Origin: an uncultured bacterium
GTDB lineage: Bacteria > Zhuqueibacterota > QNDG01 > CAYUAG01
NCBI GenBank assembly: GCA_964442615.1
Contig: CAYUAG010000008.1
Span: 1 to 60,950, forward strand
DNA length: 60,950 bases
Direction: 5' to 3'
Below the pieces are notes generated by a model that saw only the letters and a program-made list of their open reading frames with translations, made no database searches and had not been told where the DNA came from. Numbering within the stretch: the stretch's first letter is position 1; the number at the start of each line of letters is the position of its first letter. Below are positions 27,457-37,522 of the stretch, one piece after another. Both the position numbers and the translations under genes were made by a program.

Positions 27457-28800
27457 ATGCCGTTCATTCCATCCACTGAAGAAAACAGAAAACAAATGTT
27501 AGAGGCAATAGGAGTTTCAGATTTTGAAGAGCTCTTGGAAGCAATACCCGATAAATTAAGATTTAAAGGTGATTTTGATCTTCCCGAATCCCTGTCAGAA
27601 TTAGAAGTCACCAAACTTTTACATGAATTAGCAGGAAAAAATAAACATACTGGTACACATTCCTGTTTCCTGGGAGGCGGGGCTTACGATCATTTTATTC
27701 CTGCTGCTGTTGATTATGTTATTTCCAGACCAGAGTTTTATACTGCCTATACACCCTATCAACCAGAGGTAAGTCAGGGAAATCTTCAAGCAATTTATGA
27801 ATACCAAACCATGATTGCCAACCTGACTGAAATGGAGGTTGCCAATGCGTCACTTTATGATGGTGCATCTGCTCTGGCAGAAGCAGCTCTTTTAAGTGCA
27901 CATCATACCAGAAGAGAAGACATCCTTATCTCCAAAAGTGTTCACCCCTTTTATAGAGAAGTTGTGAAAACCTATTGTAAAAGAAGCGGTATAAACTTAA
28001 AGGAGATAGACATCTCTGATTATCTTACTGACCTAGAACAACTCAAAAATGTTATCAATGAGAACACAGCTGGTCTTCTGGTGCAAAATCCCAATTTTTT
28101 CGGTTTTTTAGAAAACCTGGAAGATATGGAAAAAATAATACATGAGGTTAAAGGATTATATACAATTTCTGTTGATCCGATTTCACTCGGTATTCTAAAA
28201 CCACCGGGAAAATATAATGCTGATATTGTTACCGGCGAAGGCCAATCACTTGGAAATCATCTTAATTTAGGTGGTCCATATTTAGGAATATTTGCAGCAA
28301 AAAAATCTCTTATCAGAAAAATGCCTGGTCGTATTGCTGCTGTAACAGAAGATCAGGATGGAAGACGTGGATTTGTTCTGACACTTCAAACCCGGGAACA
28401 GCATATTCGGCGTGACAAAGCTACATCTTCTATCTGTACTAACCAGCAATTATGCGCTTTGGCTGCAACTGTGTATATGGCTATAATGGGTAAAAAGGGA
28501 ATACCAGCAGTAGCAAAACTTTCACTTCAAAAAGCTCACTATCTTTCTGAAAAACTAGCTGAAATTGATGGCGTGGAGCTTTTGCAGAAACATCCCTTTT
28601 TTAAAGAATTTCCCATAAAAACACCCATAAAAGCTGATAAAATAATCTTCCAAATGAGAGAGAAAAAAATCTTTCCTGGTATTGATCTTTCACGATTTGA
28701 CTATAATATTGATAATGCTCTGCTTATAGCTGTTACTGAAAAGAGAACTAAAGAAGAGATGAATAGGTATGTAGAAGTGATGGAAGAAATCATTGGATAG
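27457..28800 (+). CDS. gcvPA: Glycine dehydrogenase (aminomethyl-transferring) subunit 1
   Basis: 447 aa. MPFIPSTEENRKQMLEAIGV..FEELL..IP, TAYTPYQPEVSQGNLQAIYEYQTMIANLTEMEVANASLYDGASA and TREQHIRRDKATSSICTNQ are hallmarks of GcvPA. Confidence 0.9.
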   Translation: MPFIPSTEENRKQMLEAIGVSDFEELLEAIPDKLRFKGDFDLPESLSELEVTKLLHELAGKNKHTGTHSCFLGGGAYDHFIPAAVDYVISRPEFYTAYTPYQPEVSQGNLQAIYEYQTMIANLTEMEVANASLYDGASALAEAALLSAHHTRREDILISKSVHPFYREVVKTYCKRSGINLKEIDISDYLTDLEQLKNVINENTAGLLVQNPNFFGFLENLEDMEKIIHEVKGLYTISVDPISLGILKPPGKYNADIVTGEGQSLGNHLNLGGPYLGIFAAKKSLIRKMPGRIAAVTEDQDGRRGFVLTLQTREQHIRRDKATSSICTNQQLCALAATVYMAIMGKKGIPAVAKLSLQKAHYLSEKLAEIDGVELLQKHPFFKEFPIKTPIKADKIIFQMREKKIFPGIDLSRFDYNIDNALLIAVTEKRTKEEMNRYVEVMEEIIG

Positions 28801-28810
28801 GTACATTCAG

Positions 28811-28866
28811 GACAGTTCTGGAGGTTGAGGTTCAGGATACTCAGAAGTTAGAAGATAGAAGTTAGC
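28811..28866 (+). repeat. Purine-rich intergenic repeat, copy B (GACAG-N4-GGAGGTT...GTTAGAAGATAGAAGTTAGC)
   Basis: The 20-nt core at 28847-28866 is identical to the reverse complement of 56476-56495. The 5' part resembles 55099-55125. A T6 run follows. Confidence 0.7.
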
Positions 28867-28961
28867 TTTTTTGATTAATAAATCAGAATCTCTTGGTTAA
28901 AGAATTAATACAGTATGACTTTTTATTTAGGTAACAATAATTTTTTTTAATAGGGGGTCTA

Positions 28962-30485
28962 ATGAAAAAATTGATTATATCCATAACTATTTTTGTACTT
29001 TTACTTAGTTTAATGTCCTGTGGAAAAAAACAAAAGGAACCTGAAAAAGAACTTGAAACCGAAGAAGCCTTACTGCTCAGTGAAAAAGTAGAAGCAGAAG
29101 TAGAACTGTATCGGCCGCAATGGTCACGATCCTTAGCTATACGATCTATCACACCCTCTACAACTCCGAACACTGATCCTTTGGATTCAATTTTTACCCA
29201 AATTCTTTTCAACAAGATTGCAGAAAATACATCTTTAAAAACTACCATATCAACCTCTTCTTCAGGTCAGGAGGAAGATGATTATGTACTTTTCACAGAA
29301 GTACATAAAGAAGAAAGTGTTATCAAAACAACGGTCAGTGTACAAGATGTACACAATGATTCCACTCTCTTCAATAAACATTACAGAAGTCAAACTGATT
29401 CTTTTTTCTCATTAATTGAAAAAATTGCAGCGGAGTTGCCGGCTGAGATCATCTCTACGGACAGTGTGTCTGAATCTGCTGGTTCCCCTAACCTATCCAG
29501 TGAACTTATGAATGACTATGTAAAGGCTCTGTCCCTGTACCAAAAAAATACTCATGAAAATACTGATAAGGCAGTAAAAATCTTTAAAAATATTCTTAAA
29601 CAGGATTCAAGTTTTGTTCCGGCCTATACCGGTCTGGCCAGATGTTATCTGCAAATTATCTATGAAGAATGGGATAGAAACCTGGTCTGGTTGCACCTGG
29701 CTCAGAACACTAACAGGAAAGCATTAAAAAAAGGTGATTCGGCGGAGCCCTATATCATTCAGGGTAAAGTATATCTTAAATTCGGGGACTATAAACAAGC
29801 AGAACAACACTTCTGTAAAGCTATTAAAGTTAACCCTAATCTGGGAGAGGCCTGGGTTGGTCTGGGAAAAGTTTATATCTACTATGGCCTGTATAATCCC
29901 TGTATTAAAGTCTATTCAACTGCTTTGGATTTGAATCCTGATGATATTGACTCCAGGATAAGTCTCAGTATGCTTCAAATAGGACTGAAAAAATATGAAG
30001 ACAGCTTTCAAACCATTGAACAGGGATTGAACCGTGATCCCCATAAACTTTTTTTACATTCATTTTTAGGGTTAATACTTTTTTATCAAAATGATTTACA
30101 CAGGGCAGAAAAAGAAATTCTTAAGGGATTAAACAGTACTCAGTACAGTGTTTTCTCTCATTCTGTATCAGCAATGATCCAGGCCAAGAAAGGTAATCAG
30201 GATCAAGCTCTCACTGAGGTTGAACTGGAAGTTAAACCATATGTTAACAATAATGCTTCCCTTGCCACCGCTGTAGCAGCAGTCTATGCTCTTATTGATA
30301 GAAAAGGTCTGGCTGTTCAATGGATTGAGAAAGCACATGAGTTTGGATATAAAGAGTATTTATGGCTTGTAAATGACCCAAATTACAATAACCTGAGAGA
30401 CGACCATAGATTTATGTCAATTATGGACACAATTAAAAAGGAATGGGAACAGAACCTGGAACAGTATAAAACATCAGAAACCTAA
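28962..30485 (+). CDS. TPR-repeat lipoprotein
   Basis: Lipobox signal MKKLIISITIFVLLLSLMSC. The C-terminal half has TPR units (YKQAEQHFCKAIKVNPNLGEAWVGLGKVY, CIKVYSTALDLNPDD, YEDSFQTIEQGLNRDP). Confidence 0.7.
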   Translation: MKKLIISITIFVLLLSLMSCGKKQKEPEKELETEEALLLSEKVEAEVELYRPQWSRSLAIRSITPSTTPNTDPLDSIFTQILFNKIAENTSLKTTISTSSSGQEEDDYVLFTEVHKEESVIKTTVSVQDVHNDSTLFNKHYRSQTDSFFSLIEKIAAELPAEIISTDSVSESAGSPNLSSELMNDYVKALSLYQKNTHENTDKAVKIFKNILKQDSSFVPAYTGLARCYLQIIYEEWDRNLVWLHLAQNTNRKALKKGDSAEPYIIQGKVYLKFGDYKQAEQHFCKAIKVNPNLGEAWVGLGKVYIYYGLYNPCIKVYSTALDLNPDDIDSRISLSMLQIGLKKYEDSFQTIEQGLNRDPHKLFLHSFLGLILFYQNDLHRAEKEILKGLNSTQYSVFSHSVSAMIQAKKGNQDQALTEVELEVKPYVNNNASLATAVAAVYALIDRKGLAVQWIEKAHEFGYKEYLWLVNDPNYNNLRDDHRFMSIMDTIKKEWEQNLEQYKTSET

Positions 30486-30723
30486 TACCAGATTTTTTTA
30501 AAAACTTATCTAAATCTTGATCCAGAATGGTTGTATGAATATACCGTCTTTAGTATATTTTTAAAAATAGGAATTATGTTTTTATTAGAGAAAATTTTAA
30601 AAAATAAGGATCATTCATTTTTTAGTATGAATGTTTTCAATTATCTGTATCTTAAGTTATCTTTGATATATTTTCATTCATAAGATAAAAGAATGTAACC
30701 AGGACATTTCTTGGGAGGATTGT

Positions 30724-33318
30724 ATGAAACCAAAAGCTAAAATTTTAGATTCAATGCTGATTTTCATTCTATTAATAAGTTTAATGTTAAGTTGTTTCAC
30801 TTTAGTTTCAGCTCAGGAGAACATTACCAGCCCCAAGCATTTCTTTGGATTTGCCCCGGGTGCTGATCGGAAACTAGCCAGGTGGGACAGAATAGTTGAT
30901 TATTTTTATCAGCTGGAAAAAGAGAGTAAGAGGATGAAGGTAATAAACATGGGGCCCTCAACCATGGGAAATCCTTTTCTGGTACTGGTTATTTCCTCCC
31001 CAGAAAATCTAGCTGATCTGGATCGTTTACAGAAAATCAATAAAATAATCAGTGATCCCCGGAATGTTCCTAAAGAGATAATCGAAGCGTATATTGGTGA
31101 GGGTAAAGTAGTAATCTGTCAATCCATGGGATTACATGCTACAGAGGTGGGGGGAACTCAGATGACCCCGGAACTGACCTATGATCTTCTTTCCAAAAAA
31201 GATGTAGAAACCCAGAGAATCCTAGATAATGTTTTATTTTTTATGATCCCCTGTTTTAATCCCGATGGACAGATTATGGTAACCGACTGGTACAGAGAGA
31301 CTGTGGGAACCAAGTATGAAGGATTAAGTCTGCCCTGGCTGTATCATAAATATGCCGGGCATGACAATAACAGAGACGGTGATTATCTGAATTTGCAGGA
31401 ATCAAAATATGCAGCTAAACTGATGTATGTTGACTGGCCTCCCCAGGCTTATATTGATCACCATCAGATGGGAAGTTATGGAGCCCGTTTTTATGTTCCC
31501 CCTTATTGTGAGCCTATCCGTCCTTATGCAGATCCTCTTATTTGGCGGGAGATAAGCTGGTATGGATCTCATATTGCCTACAAACTTGAGGAAGCGGGAA
31601 TAAAGGGAGTCATAAATGCAGCTATGTTTCCAGGTTGGGGACATTTCGGTTGGCACTGGATTACTCCTTTTCATAACATTGCTGGCATGCTCACTGAATC
31701 TGCCAGTGCAGAACTGGCAACCCCGTTGTATATTCATCCGGAACAGCTTAAAGGAGAGAGCCGGCAGTTCCCGGAATATGAACCTCAGTCTACCTTTCCC
31801 AGCCCCTGGCCTGGAGGATGGTGGTGTCTTTCCGATATTCTAAAACAAAAAAAGATTTCAGCCTGGGCACTGCTGGATCTGGCAGCAAAAAACAGAGAGA
31901 CAGTACTTAGGAATGCATATCTTAAGGCCAAACATCAGACAGAAAGAGGCGCTAAAGGAGAATGTAATGCAGTTGTAATTCCAACAGAACAGCATGATTA
32001 TCTCACTACTGTTAAGATGATTAACATTCTCATGAAGTCAGGTATTGAGGTAAAAAAGGCTCAACAAAGTTTCTCAGTTAATGGCAGGACCTATACCAAG
32101 GATTCTTATCTCATATCACTGGCTCAGCCCAAGATGGGACTTATCAGGAATCTGCTTATGGAAACACATTATGCTGATAATCTTTGGACCCACAGTAGAG
32201 ACGGCGCACCCCTGCGTCCCTATGATCTTGCCACCCATACCATGAATGAATTTATGGGAGTGAATGCAGTACCGGTTAACTATAATGGCAGGGATAATTT
32301 CACCATTTTGCATCAAGCAGAAGAGATAACCGGCAAAGTATTTTCCGGAGGTAAAGGATATATTCTTAAGGGAAGATGTAATAACAGTTATAAAGCGGTC
32401 AATCTGCTTCTTGATAAGGGTATAGAGGTTAAGAGATTGGATAAGTCATATCAAGGTTATAATCCGGGCGATTTTATAGTTTTAGAAGGATTTGAAAAAA
32501 TTTTTTCAGAAGTAGCTCATAAGACAGGAGTCGATTTTAAAGCTCTGGAAGAGATTCCTGAAACAGGAATTCATACTGTAAGACGAGGGCGCCTTGGTAT
32601 GTATAGACGTTACTGGGGTGGTAATATGGATGAAGGGTGGACCCGTTTGCTTTTAGAGCATTTTAGCTTTCCCTATGAATCCTTGCGGGACGCTGAGATC
32701 AAGAAGAATAATTTAAAGAAAAAATGGGATGTGATCATTTTACCCAGTGATCCCCCGGGAATGATTACCGGAGATATTCCGGAGCGATACAAACAATGGA
32801 TGTCAACTGATTATCCGGAAAAGTATAAAAGTGGAATAGGAGAAAAGGGAATTGAACATCTGAAAGGATTTGTCAGAAGCGGAGGAACTCTAGTTACATT
32901 TGGAGAATCATATAAATATGCATTAGAAGAGTTTGACCTCAAAATTAAAAATGTGATGGACAAATATGAGCAGACTGAGTTTTTCTGTCCGGGCTCAACA
33001 GTGAGAGTTACATTTGACAATAAAGATCCTCTTGCCTTTGGTATGCCGGATAAGGGGCTGGTTGTTTTCCGCAACAGTCCTGCTTTTGAGGTTATACCAA
33101 ACAGAAATAATCATAAATACAAGACGATTGTACGCTACGCTGACGAAAATTTGCTTAAGAGCGGATGGTTGATAGGAGAAGATAAACTTGCCAAAAAGGT
33201 GGGAATGATCTGTGCAGAATATGGCAAAGGACGCATAGTAATTATCGGATTCAGGACACAGCATAGAGCTCAGACGGATGGAACTTTTAAACTGCTGTTT
33301 AATGCAGTAATTCAATAA
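30724..33318 (+). CDS. M14-family (zinc carboxypeptidase-like) secreted peptidase with a large C-terminal extension
   Basis: Signal peptide. HxxE zinc motif in GLHATEVGG, with FMIPCFNPDGQ and GHDNNRD as in the M14 catalytic domain. The C-terminal ~300 aa resemble a class-I glutamine-amidotransferase-like fold (VIILPSD...GGTLVTFG), with low certainty. Confidence 0.65.
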   Translation: MKPKAKILDSMLIFILLISLMLSCFTLVSAQENITSPKHFFGFAPGADRKLARWDRIVDYFYQLEKESKRMKVINMGPSTMGNPFLVLVISSPENLADLDRLQKINKIISDPRNVPKEIIEAYIGEGKVVICQSMGLHATEVGGTQMTPELTYDLLSKKDVETQRILDNVLFFMIPCFNPDGQIMVTDWYRETVGTKYEGLSLPWLYHKYAGHDNNRDGDYLNLQESKYAAKLMYVDWPPQAYIDHHQMGSYGARFYVPPYCEPIRPYADPLIWREISWYGSHIAYKLEEAGIKGVINAAMFPGWGHFGWHWITPFHNIAGMLTESASAELATPLYIHPEQLKGESRQFPEYEPQSTFPSPWPGGWWCLSDILKQKKISAWALLDLAAKNRETVLRNAYLKAKHQTERGAKGECNAVVIPTEQHDYLTTVKMINILMKSGIEVKKAQQSFSVNGRTYTKDSYLISLAQPKMGLIRNLLMETHYADNLWTHSRDGAPLRPYDLATHTMNEFMGVNAVPVNYNGRDNFTILHQAEEITGKVFSGGKGYILKGRCNNSYKAVNLLLDKGIEVKRLDKSYQGYNPGDFIVLEGFEKIFSEVAHKTGVDFKALEEIPETGIHTVRRGRLGMYRRYWGGNMDEGWTRLLLEHFSFPYESLRDAEIKKNNLKKKWDVIILPSDPPGMITGDIPERYKQWMSTDYPEKYKSGIGEKGIEHLKGFVRSGGTLVTFGESYKYALEEFDLKIKNVMDKYEQTEFFCPGSTVRVTFDNKDPLAFGMPDKGLVVFRNSPAFEVIPNRNNHKYKTIVRYADENLLKSGWLIGEDKLAKKVGMICAEYGKGRIVIIGFRTQHRAQTDGTFKLLFNAVIQ

Positions 33319-33517
33319 TGATGTTTTTTTGCCTGGAATAACTGTAATATAAAAATGTAAAAATATTTATTTAATGCAGAGTGCACAGATAAGGCTGAGC
33401 TAAATTATAATTAAGTTTTATTTTATAAAAAACCATTTTGTACCTATTGATATTTATAGAATTTTTGTTTAGAGGAAATCAATAATCTTTAATCTAAAAG
33501 AGTTAAGGGAGGTAAAA

Positions 33518-35662
33518 ATGAAAAAAAATGATTTTTTCTATGAAAAGAGAAAATGTGCTCTACTATTTTTTCTATTCACAGTATTGATTTTTAGTTGTTC
33601 AACCAAAAGATCAACTGAAAAGGTAGAACCCCCAGATGTTGAAAAAATTCCTGAAACTTTAACTATTCACGGGGATACCAGAGTTGATAATTACTTTTGG
33701 CTCAATCAGCGGGAAAATCCCAAAGTCATTGATTACCTTAAGGCTGAAAATGAATATAAGGATAAAATGATGCAGCATACCGAAAAACTGCGGGATAAAC
33801 TTTATAAAGAGATAGTAGGGAGAATTAAACAGACTGATAGATCAGTACCTTACCTGGATAATGGGTACTATTACTACTATCGGTATGATAAGGGAGAAGA
33901 ATATCCAATCCATACCCGCAAGAAAGAAAGTGTAGATTCAGAAGAGGAGATTATGCTCAATGTACCTGATATGGCCAAAGGATATTCTTTTTACCAGGTT
34001 AGGGGGCTTAGTGTCAGCAGTAATAATCGTTACCTGGCTTTTGGGATTGATACTGTAAGCAGAAGGAGATATACCATCCATTTTAAAGATCTTCAGACAG
34101 AAAAGATTTTATCTGATAAGATCTCCAATACTTCTGGTAGTGCAACCTGGGCAAATGATAATAAAACCATTTTTTATGTTGTAAAAGACAGTACCCTGAG
34201 ACCACATAAAGTTATGCGCCATATTCTGGGAACAGATCCTTCTCAAGATGTTGAGATATGGCATGAGAAAGATAATACTTTCAACACCTATGTGGAAAAA
34301 ACAAAATCAGATAAGTATATTACTATTGGTTCTTACAGCACCCTCTCTACTGAAATGAGAATTCTAAAGGCAGATGATCCTTATGGAACATTTAAAGTAT
34401 TTCAAAAGCGTGAACCGGATCATGAATATTCTATTTATCATTTTGAAGATAAATTCTATGTTCATACCAACTGGAAAGCAAAAAATTTTCGTTTGATGGA
34501 AACTGGGATTGTCAAAACTGAAAAGAAACATTGGAGAGAAGTTATTCCACAGAGAAAAGATGTTCTCCTGAATGAAATAGATGTATTTAAGGATTATCTG
34601 GTCATTAGTGAACGAAAAGATGGTCTCCGCCAAATAAGAGTAATCGGTCAAAGAAACAGTAAGGATTATTACCTTAATTTTGATGAGGATGTGTATGTAA
34701 CCTATGCATCTAATAATAGGGAATTTGATACAAATATACTTCGATTCATTTATTCTTCTCTTACCACTCCACAGACTACCTATGATTATAATATGAGTAC
34801 CGAAGAGAAAAAGCTTTTAAAACAAGAGGAAGTAGTAGGCAAATTCAATCCCTCTGATTATACAGCAGAAAGATTATGGGCAACTGCAGATGATGGCACC
34901 AGTATTCCTGTGTCTCTTGTTTATAAAAAAGGGATTAGTAAGGATTCTCAGAATCCCTGTCTTTTGTATGGATATGGATCCTACGGAGCCAGTAGGGATC
35001 CTTTTTTTAGTTCAACTCGTCTATCTCTTCTTAACCGTGGATTTGTGTATGCAATTGCCCATATTCGGGGAGGTTCTGAAATGGGGAGGTATTGGTATGA
35101 AGATGGAAAGCTGTTGCAGAAAAAAAATACTTTTACAGATTTTATAGATTGTGCAGAGTATCTAATTGAGAAGAAGTATACCAATCCTGATAAGTTATTT
35201 GCTATGGGTGGGAGTGCAGGAGGACTGCTCATGGGTGCGGTTGTAAATATGAGACCTGATCTTTTCAAAGGAGTTCTAGCTTTGGTTCCCTGGGTTGATG
35301 TTGTGACTACCATGCTGGATGAGTCTATCCCCCTTACAACCAGTGAATTTGATGAGTGGGGAAATCCAAAGAACAAGGAGTACTATAAATATATGCTTTC
35401 CTATTCACCTTATGATAATGTAAAAGCACAGGATTATCCGGCCATGTTAGTAACAACCGGCCTTCACGATTCTCAGGTTCAGTATTTTGAACCCACCAAA
35501 TGGGTAGCAAAACTGCGTGATATGAAAACTGATGATAATTGTTTAATTATGGATATTGACATGGAATCTGGTCATGGTGGATCATCAGGCAGATTTAAAC
35601 GATATAAACGGACAGCACTTGAGTATACTTTTATATTTGATCAACTTGGAATTCAAAAATAG
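33518..35662 (+). CDS. ptrB: Oligopeptidase B / protease II (S9A prolyl oligopeptidase family), lipoprotein-like signal
   Basis: DNYFWLNQRENPKVIDYLKAENEY N-terminal signature. Catalytic Ser in GGSAGGLLMG, Asp in TTGLHDSQV, His in ESGHGG. Confidence 0.85.
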   Translation: MKKNDFFYEKRKCALLFFLFTVLIFSCSTKRSTEKVEPPDVEKIPETLTIHGDTRVDNYFWLNQRENPKVIDYLKAENEYKDKMMQHTEKLRDKLYKEIVGRIKQTDRSVPYLDNGYYYYYRYDKGEEYPIHTRKKESVDSEEEIMLNVPDMAKGYSFYQVRGLSVSSNNRYLAFGIDTVSRRRYTIHFKDLQTEKILSDKISNTSGSATWANDNKTIFYVVKDSTLRPHKVMRHILGTDPSQDVEIWHEKDNTFNTYVEKTKSDKYITIGSYSTLSTEMRILKADDPYGTFKVFQKREPDHEYSIYHFEDKFYVHTNWKAKNFRLMETGIVKTEKKHWREVIPQRKDVLLNEIDVFKDYLVISERKDGLRQIRVIGQRNSKDYYLNFDEDVYVTYASNNREFDTNILRFIYSSLTTPQTTYDYNMSTEEKKLLKQEEVVGKFNPSDYTAERLWATADDGTSIPVSLVYKKGISKDSQNPCLLYGYGSYGASRDPFFSSTRLSLLNRGFVYAIAHIRGGSEMGRYWYEDGKLLQKKNTFTDFIDCAEYLIEKKYTNPDKLFAMGGSAGGLLMGAVVNMRPDLFKGVLALVPWVDVVTTMLDESIPLTTSEFDEWGNPKNKEYYKYMLSYSPYDNVKAQDYPAMLVTTGLHDSQVQYFEPTKWVAKLRDMKTDDNCLIMDIDMESGHGGSSGRFKRYKRTALEYTFIFDQLGIQK

Positions 35663-35721
35663 CAATGTTTTTTAAATTTATTGGTGAAAAGAAGAACAAA
35701 TGAAAGATTATGGAGGTAACT

Positions 35722-35964
35722 ATGAGTGCTCAACAAAAAACACCTGGGCCAGTATCATTAGGAGATTGGATATTAACAATTTTTATTACAATGATTCCAT
35801 TAGTGAACGTTATTATGTTATTTGTATGGGGCTTTAGCAGTGAAACTAATCCTAGCAAAGCAAACTGGGCAAAAGCTTCATTAATCTGGATGGGGATTGC
35901 AATAGTATTTTATATCTTGATATTTGTAGTAATATTAGGAATTGGAACAATTGCATCGAGATAA
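35722..35964 (+). CDS. Small integral membrane protein (2 TM), unknown function
   Basis: 80 aa counted from the ATG that follows GGAGG. WILTIFITMIPLVNVIMLFVWGF plus a second TM helix. Confidence 0.5.
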   Translation: MSAQQKTPGPVSLGDWILTIFITMIPLVNVIMLFVWGFSSETNPSKANWAKASLIWMGIAIVFYILIFVVILGIGTIASR

Positions 35965-36172
35965 TAATTACTATTTTGGGATTACTATGTTAATACCAAA
36001 TGAATAAGAGAGTATAAAAAGTTTGACTAATGTTATCTTTGGTAATGGAGAACAGAAGAGGATTTATAAAGTATATAGAATTGCCTGAAGTGGATATGGT
36101 GTTTTTTTGTGTAGTAAGCTCTGCAAGTAATATCAGATTTGTTAAGAGGAGAGTTGGGTTATTTATTTTACT

Positions 36173-37387
36173 TTACTCTCCTTTATATTTTAATCTATTA
36201 TATAAGAAAAAAATTGTCTGAGAAGCAATAATAATCAAAAATGGAACATAGGGTGATCTGAACCTGATTCTGGTAAAAAATATCGAATAAAATAAACCGC
36301 TGAATACAAATACTAATATTAAGTAAATATTAGTAGTATTTTTTCTTATCTCTTTAATGATGAATCCAAATATTGATAAAAATAGAATAGGAAACCAGGT
36401 AACAGCGATTACAATAAATTTTAATTTTGTTGAAGGATTTTCAATAGTTGATTGGTTTTTAGTAGTTAAATTATTTTGATAGTTAAAATAATTTAAGAAT
36501 TTTTTAAAATATAGACCAATATAATGTAATGGTTTTTGTTTGATAAAAGATAATGCTTTTTCTCGATAGTATCTGTCGAGTTTAGCTTGATTTAAGTTTT
36601 TTATAACATTTTCATCAATATATTCTGATATATTTGTCGTAGTACCGGAATTTGGTTTTGTTTTTGGGCTATTTCCACATAATAAATTTTGGCCACCATT
36701 AGTAGAAATAAAAACAAATTCCTGGAAGATCTTATAGTTTCTCCATGACCAGGGAAGTAATACTATGATTGTAAGGAGAAAAACAATAATTGATTTATAG
36801 AGATTGGATTTATTATTTAGTTTCCATATTAAAAATATAATTATTGGCAGAAACAATATATGAATAGGTATTACAAATATGAGGAAACCATTTATTATTC
36901 CAATAATTGAATAAATATATATAGACTTTGATTTTAAAAGCAGTAAATACATTAATAATAAAAATAAAAACATATATAATATTTGTGGATATAATGTATT
37001 TACTATATATAAAATAGAAGGATATAGCAAGAAAAGGACTGAGGATAATAAAGAGATATTATGGTTATGTCTTATAAGAAAGGTTATTTTATAAATTAGA
37101 AAAGCACTTAAATAATATAAACATAGTTGAATTAATTTAATAAAGATTACATTCTTTGATAGTATCATTAATGTAGCCAAGAAAAAAGGATATCCCGGTG
37201 GTCTGCAGGCATTATTTACATCACCATATCTTGAAAATTTCCCTTTTTCAATAATATTGGAAGAGATAGTATGATAATCTTTTTCATCCCAATATTTAAA
37301 ATTATCGCCTGTAATGAATATAAATAAAACAGAACATAGTATATGTAATAGGATGAAAAATAGTATTATTTTTTTTGATGTATTCAT
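36173..37387 (-). CDS. GT39/GT83-like (ArnT/PMT_2-type) membrane glycosyltransferase
   Basis: 404 aa with about 10 predicted TM helices. N-terminal loop YWDEKDYHTISSNIIEKGKF...RPPGYPFFLA, as in dolichyl/undecaprenyl-phosphate-sugar-dependent glycosyltransferases. Spot GC counts are 15-17%. Confidence 0.6.
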   Translation of the reverse strand: MNTSKKIILFFILLHILCSVLFIFITGDNFKYWDEKDYHTISSNIIEKGKFSRYGDVNNACRPPGYPFFLATLMILSKNVIFIKLIQLCLYYLSAFLIYKITFLIRHNHNISLLSSVLFLLYPSILYIVNTLYPQILYMFLFLLLMYLLLLKSKSIYIYSIIGIINGFLIFVIPIHILFLPIIIFLIWKLNNKSNLYKSIIVFLLTIIVLLPWSWRNYKIFQEFVFISTNGGQNLLCGNSPKTKPNSGTTTNISEYIDENVIKNLNQAKLDRYYREKALSFIKQKPLHYIGLYFKKFLNYFNYQNNLTTKNQSTIENPSTKLKFIVIAVTWFPILFLSIFGFIIKEIRKNTTNIYLILVFVFSGLFYSIFFTRIRFRSPYVPFLIIIASQTIFFLYNRLKYKGE

Positions 37388-37522
37388 TTATAACTCCAAA
37401 TTATTAGTATTTTTATTCATATTCAATATAATAATTTTAATAGATGTAATTTTTAATTAAAAAGGAATTTTTATCCATGGTCGTAAATTAATACAAAAAA
37501 TGTAGTATTTCAATAGATAAAT

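Noticed and set aside
36030-36221. 63-aa plus-strand ORF between the small membrane protein and the GT39-like gene
   Set aside because: It has no RBS, overlaps the 3' end of the convergent glycosyltransferase gene, and its sequence has no recognisable features.
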